DNA from: a bacterium
GTDB lineage: Bacteria > Patescibacteriota > Minisyncoccia > UBA6257 > GWB1-50-10
Reading direction: 5' to 3'
DNA length: 48,598 nt
Assembly: GCA_021814165.1 (NCBI GenBank)
Contig: JAKAIX010000001.1
Span: 1-48,598 of the forward strand
The position numbers and the translations under genes were made by a program. This document shows, piece by piece, positions 27,777-35,430 of the stretch. The notes under the pieces are model-generated. The model had not been told where the DNA came from. It saw nothing but the letters and a program-made list of their open reading frames with translations, and did not search any database. Each line of letters begins with the position of its first letter. The stretch's first letter is position 1.

Positions 27777-29474
27777 TTATTGTACGAACCGGTGGCTGAC
27801 CTCGCGCGTGCCCGCGATTTTTTTTAATTTTACGAGGAGTTTTTCTATTTTTTGTTGGGGAAGTATACCGGAACGAAGCGTAATAGTGGCGAATTTCATC
27901 CTCGAATCAGTCTGGCTCGAGAGGGAAATAATGTTGGTTTTCGAATTTGCAAATATCGAAGTGACATCTTTCAAATAGCCGGGTCTGTCCACGGTTATTA
28001 TTTTAAATTCGACGGCGGTGGGGCCCGCTTTCTTCCGGAGCATCCTTCGCCCCGCATTCAAGGCGTTTTTGATGTGTTTTCGCGTACTCACTGTTTTCAC
28101 GAACGAGAGCCAGCTTTCCGAAGGTTTTTTCCCGCGTTGCGTGATAATCTCAACCACATCGCCCGAATGCAGTTCGTAATCCAGGGAAACGATTTTCCCG
28201 TTCACCTTCGCCCCCACGCATTGGTCGCCGACATCACTGTGGATGCGATATGCGAAATCGATCGGCGTCGCTCCTATCGTAAGATCGATAATGTCATTCT
28301 CCGGCGTGAGCACAAACACCCTGTCTTTGAAAAAGTCCGTTTTGAGATCCTCGAGAAATTCCAATTCTCCGGTAAAGTTTTTTTGCCAATTCCGAAGTTG
28401 AGAAACCCAAGCAAGTTCTTTTTTATTTTCTACGCCCTTCCACTTTGCTTTTCTTTTTTTCGAATCCTTCACTTGTTCATACGCCCAGTGAGCGGCGATA
28501 CCGAGTTCATTCTCTTCATGCATTTCCTCCGTCCTTATTTGAACCTCGAGTATCCTGTTATCGATGCAAAATACCGTGGTATGCAGGCTGCGATAGCCGT
28601 TCGCTTTCGGACGGGCGATATAGTCTTTGAAGCGGTTCGGAAACGGCTGCCAGAGCTGATGCACGACACCGAGCGCCGCATAACACTCCGTTACCGTGTT
28701 CGTAATGATGCGGAGTGCGACAAGATCGTATATTTTCGAAAAATCCATATCATAGCGAAGCAACTTCCGATATAAACTGAAGTATCGCTTTGCGCGCGAA
28801 TCGACGTTTACGGGACGGATACCGTTTTTTTCGAGTTCCTTTGTAATTATGGGCACGACCCTTCTCGCATATTCCTGCCGTTCCGCATAATCATCCTTTG
28901 TTTCCTTGAGGAGCCACTTATACTCCTCGGGGTGTACGTAGGGAAACGCGAGATCGTCGAGTTCGCCGCTCAAGCGCTGCATACCGAGGCGGTAAGCGAG
29001 GGGAGCATAAATTTCCATCGTTTCCCACGCGAAGCGATCCTGCCGTTCCTTGGGAAGATATTCGAGCGTTTTCATGTTGTGAAGACGATCCGCGAGCTTA
29101 ATGATAAGTACGCGGAGATCTTCGCAGAATGAGATGATAAATTTACGAAGGTTCTCGATATCGGGGTTTGCGGGATACTGGAAATGTTCGAGCTTTGTAA
29201 GACCCTCAACGAGGAATGCGATCTCTTCCCCGAATTTTTCTCTTATGTCTTGAATCGTGAACTCCGTGTTTTCCGCGACATCATGAAGAAGCGCTGCGGC
29301 GATCGCGGCGTCTCCCAGACGCCACTCAAAACAGCTTTTCCCAACTTCGAGGCAATGACTCATATACGGATCTCCATTCATCCGTTTCTCGTTCTCATGT
29401 GCTTCGAGCGCGAATGCGTACGCTTCATGAACTATGCTTTCTTTCGGTATTTTTTGAAGCCACTCGGTTGCCAT
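27777..29474 (-). CDS. RelA/SpoT homologue (HD + synthetase + TGS + ACT)
   Basis: 'AALLHDV', 'ADRLHNMKTL', 'YDLVALRII', 'KDYIARPKANGYRSLHT', 'EVQIRT', TGS 'ATPIDFAY', C-terminal ACT 'DRPGYL'. Start reassigned to ATG 29474. Confidence 0.92.
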   Translation of the reverse strand: MATEWLQKIPKESIVHEAYAFALEAHENEKRMNGDPYMSHCLEVGKSCFEWRLGDAAIAAALLHDVAENTEFTIQDIREKFGEEIAFLVEGLTKLEHFQYPANPDIENLRKFIISFCEDLRVLIIKLADRLHNMKTLEYLPKERQDRFAWETMEIYAPLAYRLGMQRLSGELDDLAFPYVHPEEYKWLLKETKDDYAERQEYARRVVPIITKELEKNGIRPVNVDSRAKRYFSLYRKLLRYDMDFSKIYDLVALRIITNTVTECYAALGVVHQLWQPFPNRFKDYIARPKANGYRSLHTTVFCIDNRILEVQIRTEEMHEENELGIAAHWAYEQVKDSKKRKAKWKGVENKKELAWVSQLRNWQKNFTGELEFLEDLKTDFFKDRVFVLTPENDIIDLTIGATPIDFAYRIHSDVGDQCVGAKVNGKIVSLDYELHSGDVVEIITQRGKKPSESWLSFVKTVSTRKHIKNALNAGRRMLRKKAGPTAVEFKIITVDRPGYLKDVTSIFANSKTNIISLSSQTDSRMKFATITLRSGILPQQKIEKLLVKLKKIAGTREVSHRFVQ

Positions 29475-29481
29475 ATCTACG

Positions 29482-29531
29482 ATTGTAAGCTCATTTGTTC
29501 GTGTTGACAAAGAAATGCCGATGCATACAAT
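29482..29531. promoter_or_regulatory. Back-to-back promoters of the RSH gene (-) and groES (+)
   Basis: Plus strand TTGACA(29504-29509)-N16-TACAAT(29526-29531); minus strand TTGTCA(29510-29505)-N17-TACAAT(29487-29482). Confidence 0.7.
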
Positions 29532-29539
29532 AGTACCTG

Positions 29540-29566
29540 TTAGCAGTGGAGGGTCGGCACTGCTAG
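29540..29566 (+). promoter_or_regulatory. Variant CIRCE upstream of groES
   Basis: TTAGCAGTG-N9-CACTGCTAG just downstream of the -10 box. hrcA is present in the same window. Confidence 0.75.
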
Positions 29567-29584
29567 TATTAAGAACAAAAGCAA

Positions 29585-29884
29585 ATGAAACTGAAACCGT
29601 TATCAAATCACGTGCTCATCCAACTTATCGAAGAGGAGCACAAGACCACGAAGTCGGGGATAGTGCTCCCTGACACCGTGGAGAAAAAGGAACAAACAAA
29701 GGGCGTGATCGTCGAAGTCGGACCGGGAAAGGTACAGAATGGTACGCGCGTACCGCTCGAGGTAAAAGCGGGCGACAAAGTATTGTTTAACAAACCCTGG
29801 GGCGAGGATAAAAAAATCGAGGAAGATAATAAGGTTTACTTCCTCGCGGACGAGGACGATATCTTGGCAATTATTAGCGAATAA
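29585..29884 (+). CDS. groES: Co-chaperonin GroES
   Basis: 'LKPLSNHVL', 'TKSGIVLPDT', 'EVGPGK', 'VKAGDKVLF'. Confidence 0.97.
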   Translation: MKLKPLSNHVLIQLIEEEHKTTKSGIVLPDTVEKKEQTKGVIVEVGPGKVQNGTRVPLEVKAGDKVLFNKPWGEDKKIEEDNKVYFLADEDDILAIISE

Positions 29885-29890
29885 TTTTTG

Positions 29891-29943
29891 ATTTCCAATG
29901 GTCAATAATTGTTTCATTGATTGAAAATTGGAAATTGATAATT
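29891..29943. repeat. Imperfect inverted repeat related to the 9918-9953 element
   Basis: ATTTCCAAT-GG-TCAAT...ATTGA-AA-ATTGGAAAT, followed by TGATAATT. Confidence 0.55.
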
Positions 29944-29956
29944 AAATATTTAGACT

Positions 29957-31600
29957 ATGGCGAAACAAATCAAATTTAACGAAGAGGCACGCGTTGCCTT
30001 AAAAAAGGGAATTGACATGCTCGCCGCGGCGGTCAAGATGACGCTTGGTCCCCGTGGACGTGCGGTCGTGATAGAAAAAGGATATGGCGCGCCGCAGGTT
30101 ACCTTCGACGGCGTGACGGTCGCGAAAGAAGTTGAGCTTGAAGGAAAGTACGAGAATCTCGGTGCCGAATTCATAAAACAGGCGGCGGACAAGACAAACG
30201 ATAATGTGGGGGATGGTACCACCACTTCGGTCGTGCTGACGCACGCCCTTATCGAGGAAGGGGAAAAAGTCATCCGTGAGAAGGGATTTAACGTGATTCA
30301 GCTTGCGGAAGGTCTGAAGAACGAAAGCGAGTCGGTGATTAAAGCGTTGGAAGCGCAGAAAGAAGAGATTAATGACAACAAGAAAATCGAGGAAGTGGCA
30401 ACATTATCCTCGAAGGATACCCAAATCGGCAAACTTATCGCCGAAGTGATGGCGAAGGTTGGAAAGGAGGGCGTCGTGACGGTCGAGGATTCGAATACGC
30501 TCGGCAACTCGTATGAGATGGTCGAAGGCATGGAGTTCGACAAGGGGTATGTTTCGGGCTACATGGTTACGAATCAGGAGAAGATGGAGGCCGAACTCGA
30601 TGATCCGTACGTGCTCGTGACCGACAAGAAAATTTCATCGATTAACGAACTGCTTCCGCTTCTGGAAAAGGTGCTTCAGAGCGGCAAGAAAGAGTTCTTT
30701 ATCGTCGCTGATGACGTGGACGGCGAAGCGCTTGCGACGTTGGTGGTAAATAAGATCCGCGGGATCGTAAACGTTCTTGCGGTCAAAGCGCCGGGATTCG
30801 GCGACAGGAAAAAGGAAATGCTCCAGGACATTGCGGTCGTGACCGGTGCGGACTTTATTTCCGAAGATCTCGGGAAAAAGTTCGAGAACGTTGGCGTGGA
30901 AAATCTTGGTCATGCGCATCGCGTGATTGCGACGAAAGACGCCACGACGATCGTGAGCGGGAAAGGAGATAAAAAAGCGATCGAGGACAGAGTCGCGCAA
31001 ATCAAGGCGCAGATCAAGAAAACCGATTCCGAGTTTGATAAGGAGAAGTTGCAGGAACGTCTCGGCAAGCTCGCGGGAGGTGTCGCGGTCATCAAGGTCG
31101 GTGCACCGACGGAATCCGCGCAAAAAGAATTGAAACAGCGCGTTGATGATGCGGTTGCCGCGACTCGAGCGGCGATGGAGGAAGGAATCGTACCCGGAGG
31201 CGGCGTTGCGCTCCTTAATGTTTACCAGGCGAAATTGCACGAACTTTCGAAGAAAAGCGATGGTATCGAGAAAGACACTATTGGGATTCTTCTCGCCGCA
31301 TTGAAGGCGCCGCTCTCGGCAATCATCGAAAACAGCGGCGAATCGCCGAAAGTATTGATTGAAGAGCTTCTCTCGAAGAAGAAGGGGAATGGAGACGCAT
31401 GGATCGGCTTTAATGCCGCGACGAACAAAATTTCCGACTTGAAGGAGTCGGGTATTATCGATCCGTTGAAGGTAACGAAGACCGCATGGAGGAACGCGAT
31501 TTCGGTTGCCGCGAACTATCTCACCATCGGCGCCGCGATTACGGAAATTCCCGAAAAGAAGAAAGGAGGCCCCGCCGGCATGCCGGAAATGGATTATTAG
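29957..31600 (+). CDS. groEL: Chaperonin GroEL
   Basis: 'TLGPRGR', 'GDGTTT', 'EGMEFDKGY', 'VKAPGFGDRKK', 'EGIVPGGG', 'GIIDPLKV'. Confidence 0.98.
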   Translation: MAKQIKFNEEARVALKKGIDMLAAAVKMTLGPRGRAVVIEKGYGAPQVTFDGVTVAKEVELEGKYENLGAEFIKQAADKTNDNVGDGTTTSVVLTHALIEEGEKVIREKGFNVIQLAEGLKNESESVIKALEAQKEEINDNKKIEEVATLSSKDTQIGKLIAEVMAKVGKEGVVTVEDSNTLGNSYEMVEGMEFDKGYVSGYMVTNQEKMEAELDDPYVLVTDKKISSINELLPLLEKVLQSGKKEFFIVADDVDGEALATLVVNKIRGIVNVLAVKAPGFGDRKKEMLQDIAVVTGADFISEDLGKKFENVGVENLGHAHRVIATKDATTIVSGKGDKKAIEDRVAQIKAQIKKTDSEFDKEKLQERLGKLAGGVAVIKVGAPTESAQKELKQRVDDAVAATRAAMEEGIVPGGGVALLNVYQAKLHELSKKSDGIEKDTIGILLAALKAPLSAIIENSGESPKVLIEELLSKKKGNGDAWIGFNAATNKISDLKESGIIDPLKVTKTAWRNAISVAANYLTIGAAITEIPEKKKGGPAGMPEMDY

Positions 31601-31604
31601 AAGT

Positions 31605-31687
31605 TAATGAGGCCCGGCCTCAATAAAGTTATCCACAATTTTATCGAAGCCCGGCCTCGATAGATTGAACGGCCTCGATAGATTGAA
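31605..31687. repeat. Dispersed palindrome + DnaA-box element, compound copy 2
   Basis: GAGGCCCGGCCTC, TTATCCACA (31629-31637), TATCGAAGCCCGGCCTCGATAGATTGAA and a tandem half-copy GGCCTCGATAGATTGAA. Confidence 0.85.
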
Positions 31688-31711
31688 GAACCGCCCTTCG
31701 GGGCGGTTCTT
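31686..31711. terminator. Bidirectional intrinsic terminator between groEL and the thyX-like gene
   Basis: AAGAACCGCCC-TTCG-GGGCGGTTCTT, an 11-bp stem with a UUCG loop. Confidence 0.85.
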
Positions 31712-31712
31712 G

Positions 31713-33383
31713 TTATTTAAGTTTTTCGAAGTAATCCCTGAGTTCCTGCTCTTTCTTCTCAATCTCTGACTGGGTATCGCGCCGGGCGAAGGCATAATCC
31801 TGCATGTCGGCAAGAATGAATTTGCCGAGAAGGGGATATACCTCTCGGATAAGTTTTACTTTCTCCTGTTCGATCTTCCTGTAATCCGGATGCCCTGTGG
31901 GAATGGTGCGGAGTTCGGATTCCCACATAAACGCCCGCATGTTCTGGCGTTGGAGAAAACGCAAGCGATGAGCGAGCGTTACCGCATATTGGGCGAGGTT
32001 TTTATCCTTCGACTCTATTTTGTAAAATACCCCTTCAACTTTCTCGATTGCGGCGCGGAACTTGTTGTCCAACTTCGCTTCGATGAGTTCTTCGGGGACG
32101 TGGTAGCCGTGATGGACGCTGAAACGCTGCCGCATCTGGGTTTGCATGCGATGGCGGTGAATATCCCGCCACGCGCCGATATTCATCGTGATTTCAAAAG
32201 CGACATTTGCCATCTCGAAAGCGCGGGGAATCTTGTACCAGCGGGCCGTGCGTCCTCGTATGGCACGGGCGAGAAGCTGTTCCTTTTCTTCTTCGGAAAG
32301 TTTTACGACCTTTCCGAGTATCTTCTCGAAAGGTTCGTGCGTTTCGGGATAAAGGAGCGCGGCAAGAATTTTATTTTCGCCGTCCTTGTCATACTCCACC
32401 AATTTCACGCCCCATTCTGATTTATCTACGTTCGCGTCAAGCTTAAGTTCTTTCACGACCTCGCGGATGCGCGCTCCGCGTCCGGCGAGATATTCCTGGT
32501 ATTCTTTCGAAGCGTCGCTTTCGAGACGCCGCAGAAAGGCGGGTACAACGCGCGTGAGTTCATGAAATGCCGCATCGGCTGCCCAGCGGATTTCTCCCAG
32601 AGGGTGTTTAAGCGATCGGGAAAGCGCGTATTCGAGCGCCTGGCCGTTTGCGAAGAAAACCACCTGGCTTAATGCCGCGGTGGGAAGAAGTCCGCGAAGC
32701 GTGTCGAATGCCTTTGTTTTTAAAACAAGCTCCTTCTCGTCGGGGTACTTCTTTTTCAAAAACTCGAGGAATTCCTTTCCGAGCAACGCATAGGTATCGA
32801 AAAGATTATCCATTGCCGTACGGTATTCGTCCATAAGGCCCATCTCGGCGAGCGTCGGATCGGCATAGTAGAGATATTTGCCGTTCACTTTTGACGAGTA
32901 ATCAAGGTAGCGGGTGGACTTTTCGAGCGGTGCAATTCCGACGCGCATGTCTTCAAAATGCTTAATGGCGATTTGAGAGATGCCGGAAAAAAGGAGATGC
33001 GTGCCCGCCATCTGAGCAATCGAATCGTCGCCGTACTGTGCGAGCCATTTGATGTAAAATTCGCGCCCCTTGGGATTCGAGAAAATGAGTTCGAGAGGAT
33101 ACTTGTGCAGGAATTCCACGAGCGAACTCAAGGCCTCGCTGTATTCGCTCTTGTCGGCAAGGAAAGGTTTTATAAACTCGTTTAAAAATATCATCCGCAG
33201 ATCCTCTTTGGCGCGGCTCGTTCTGGAGCACAAAGCGCCGATCATCTCGGGCGGCAGAAAGGGCACCACGAACACGGATCGCTCGAGATTAGTGAAGAAC
33301 GGCTCGATTTGGTACTTCTCTTCCGGTGAGAGACTGAGCTCGGGGAAGAGGGGGGCGAACTTTTCGAGATTGTCTTCCGGCAT
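31713..33383 (-). CDS. thyX: FAD-dependent thymidylate synthase, double-length (tandem ThyX-like)
   Basis: 'QYGDDSIAQ', 'LEKSTRYLDY', 'DTLRGLLP', and a second half with 'RDIHRHR'. Start is ATG 33383 or 33392. Confidence 0.8.
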   Translation of the reverse strand: MPEDNLEKFAPLFPELSLSPEEKYQIEPFFTNLERSVFVVPFLPPEMIGALCSRTSRAKEDLRMIFLNEFIKPFLADKSEYSEALSSLVEFLHKYPLELIFSNPKGREFYIKWLAQYGDDSIAQMAGTHLLFSGISQIAIKHFEDMRVGIAPLEKSTRYLDYSSKVNGKYLYYADPTLAEMGLMDEYRTAMDNLFDTYALLGKEFLEFLKKKYPDEKELVLKTKAFDTLRGLLPTAALSQVVFFANGQALEYALSRSLKHPLGEIRWAADAAFHELTRVVPAFLRRLESDASKEYQEYLAGRGARIREVVKELKLDANVDKSEWGVKLVEYDKDGENKILAALLYPETHEPFEKILGKVVKLSEEEKEQLLARAIRGRTARWYKIPRAFEMANVAFEITMNIGAWRDIHRHRMQTQMRQRFSVHHGYHVPEELIEAKLDNKFRAAIEKVEGVFYKIESKDKNLAQYAVTLAHRLRFLQRQNMRAFMWESELRTIPTGHPDYRKIEQEKVKLIREVYPLLGKFILADMQDYAFARRDTQSEIEKKEQELRDYFEKLK

Positions 33384-33480
33384 TGCGTCCATTATACCCC
33401 CCTTCTTAATTCGGGTAATCTTGACTTTTATGTGTTTTTGAGTCATTGTGTTAGCTCAAGAATTGCACATTGTTATAAAA

Positions 33481-33654
33481 CGGGGAGTAGCTCAGCCAGG
33501 TTAGAGTGCCAGATCGTGAAAGATGTAACAATCGTTATTTTGAATAATCTTTTCCTATTTCATTGTGCCAATTGACGAGAATGAGATTGGCGCCCTTGAA
33601 ATCGATTGCCTTTCTGTGGTTTGGAGACCGAAGGTTCGAATCCTTCCTTCCCGA
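33481..33654 (+). tRNA. tRNA gene interrupted by a 99-nt insert in the anticodon loop (identity uncertain: His-like anticodon arm, Pro-like acceptor)
   Basis: Acceptor CGGGGAG/CTTCCCG + A73, D-arm GCTC..GAGT, anticodon stem CCAGA/TTTGG, variable AGACC, T-arm GAAGG-TTCGAAT-CCTTC. There are 106 nt between the anticodon stem strands instead of 7. Confidence 0.75.
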
Positions 33655-33656
33655 CG

Positions 33657-33685
33657 AAACCGTGGTTCTCCCTCGCGGTTTTTTA
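33657..33685 (+). terminator. Intrinsic terminator after the interrupted tRNA
   Basis: AAACCGTG-GTTCTCCCT-CGCGGTTT followed by further T's. Confidence 0.65.
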
Positions 33686-33754
33686 AAAAAAGAGAGCAGT
33701 ACTGATTTTTCTGCTCTCCTTTGTATTTTATGTGGTTTTTGCTATACTTAAGGC

Positions 33755-34309
33755 ATGTCTACAGGAATAATAATTCTTTTAGTAGTAGTCGTTATCGTGT
33801 TGTGGGTGATCGGCGCCTTTAACGGTCTTATCTCCCGCAAGAACAGGGTCGCCGAAGCGTGGTCCGACATTGAGGTGCAGTTAAAGCGCCGGTATGATCT
33901 GATTCCGAACCTGATAGAAACCGTAAAAGGATACGCAACGCACGAGAAGACGATTTTGGAAGATGTGACAAAAGCGCGCACTGCCGCTATGTCCACGGAA
34001 GACCCAAAGGCAAAACTTCAGGCGGAAAACCAGCTTTCGCAGACTCTGAAGTCGCTCTTCGCGGTTGCGGAGAATTATCCTCAACTCAAGGCGAACGAGA
34101 ATTTCGGAAAGTTGCAGGATGAGCTCACGGATACCGAAGATAAGATTCAGGCAGCGCGGCGTTTCTATAATGGCAACGTCCGCGATTACAACACAGCGAT
34201 CGAAGTATTTCCGAGAAACGTTATTGCAAAGATGTTCGGCTTCGGACAGAAAGAGTTGTTCGATGTCGATAACGACATTGAGCGCCAGCCCGTCAAGGTG
34301 AAGTTTTAA
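33755..34309 (+). CDS. lemA: LemA family protein
   Basis: N-terminal TM, 'EAWSDIEVQLKRRYDLIPNL', 'ENYPQLKANENF', 'AARRFYNGNVRDYN'. Confidence 0.95.
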   Translation: MSTGIIILLVVVVIVLWVIGAFNGLISRKNRVAEAWSDIEVQLKRRYDLIPNLIETVKGYATHEKTILEDVTKARTAAMSTEDPKAKLQAENQLSQTLKSLFAVAENYPQLKANENFGKLQDELTDTEDKIQAARRFYNGNVRDYNTAIEVFPRNVIAKMFGFGQKELFDVDNDIERQPVKVKF

Positions 34310-34503
34310 TTTTGTTGTTCAGAATCCAACAACCCGAAAAAGTGTGCACTTGCTTGAAAAGCAAACCAACATCAGGAAGATTCAGTTTTGTTTTTTAAGC
34401 ATCCCGAGGAGTTCACGACGAGGGGCTGCCTTATCTACTCGAGTTTTACCCACTTTTTCGAATTGTCGGATTCCTCACATATTTTTGTTGTGGTTTTGAG
34501 AAT

Positions 34504-35418
34504 ATGAAGACACTCTACACGCAGGCCTCGTCGAACGTCAGAAAAACGTGGGCGCTTCTCACGGGTTTCTTCGTGCTTATTATCGCCCTGGGATGGCTTT
34601 TCAGTTATGCTTACCGGTCGCCCGGCATTCTCGTTTTTGCGGTTATTGTGAGCTGCGTGATGAGTATCACGAGTTATTGGTTTTCGGATAAGATAGTTCT
34701 CGCGACCGCCGGCGCGAAGCCGATCGAGAAAAAAGACAATCCCGAGCTGTACCGCCTCGTCGAAAATCTTACGATTGCGGCGGGACTCCCGATGCCGAAG
34801 CTGTATGTCATTCCCGTTGCCGCACCGAACGCCTTTGCGACGGGAAGAAACAAGGAGCATGCGGTAGTGGCCGTGACGGAAGGACTTCTTCAAATTTTGG
34901 ATAAACAGGAACTTGAGGGAGTGCTTGCGCACGAGCTCTCGCACATAGGGAACAAAGACATGCTTGTCTCGACGGTAGTCGTGGTGCTTGTGGGGGTGAT
35001 TTCAGTATTAGCCGATTGGTTCATTCGCATGAGCTTTTTCGGCGGGAGGCGCGACGACAGGGACTCGGGCGGCAACATTATGTTCTTTTTGGGAATCGCG
35101 GGCGCGATACTTGCCCCGATTGCGGCTGCCTTGATTCAGCTTGCAATCTCCCGAAAGCGTGAGTTCCTTGCGGACGCTTCAGGAGCGCTCCTTACCCGCT
35201 ATCCCGACGGTCTTGCAAGCGCATTGGAGAAGATTGCGAGGAATCCGAATCCGATGCCCGGCGCGTCATCCGCGACGGCGCATCTCTACATCGAGAATCC
35301 TTTTAAAGCCGACAGAGGAACGGGAGATTCGAGAAAAACTCCTTGGATCGCTCGTCTCTTTATGACCCACCCTCCCGTTGAGGAACGAATAAAAGTTCTG
35401 CGAGAGATGTCAATTTGA
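34504..35418 (+). CDS. htpX: Zinc metalloprotease HtpX (M48)
   Basis: 'PNAFATGR', HExxH 'AHELSH', 'SRKREFLAD', 'THPPVEERI'. Confidence 0.95.
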   Translation: MKTLYTQASSNVRKTWALLTGFFVLIIALGWLFSYAYRSPGILVFAVIVSCVMSITSYWFSDKIVLATAGAKPIEKKDNPELYRLVENLTIAAGLPMPKLYVIPVAAPNAFATGRNKEHAVVAVTEGLLQILDKQELEGVLAHELSHIGNKDMLVSTVVVVLVGVISVLADWFIRMSFFGGRRDDRDSGGNIMFFLGIAGAILAPIAAALIQLAISRKREFLADASGALLTRYPDGLASALEKIARNPNPMPGASSATAHLYIENPFKADRGTGDSRKTPWIARLFMTHPPVEERIKVLREMSI

Positions 35419-35430
35419 TATCTCTTGGCA

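Noticed and set aside
33535-33608. Hammerhead-like words (TTGACGA...GAAA) inside the tRNA insert
   Set aside because: Stems I and II cannot be formed with more than about 2 bp, and the alternative fold (ATTTCA/TGAAAT, GCCAAT/ATTGGC) pairs better.
33514-33619. Classifying the tRNA insert as a group I, group II or BHB intron
   Set aside because: It is too short and has no P7 core for group I, no GUGYG/domain V for group II, and the 4-bp central helix of a 37/38 BHB does not pair.
34310-34503. Riboswitch in the lemA-htpX spacer
   Set aside because: There are only weak hairpins and no recognisable aptamer consensus; an Rfam scan would be needed.
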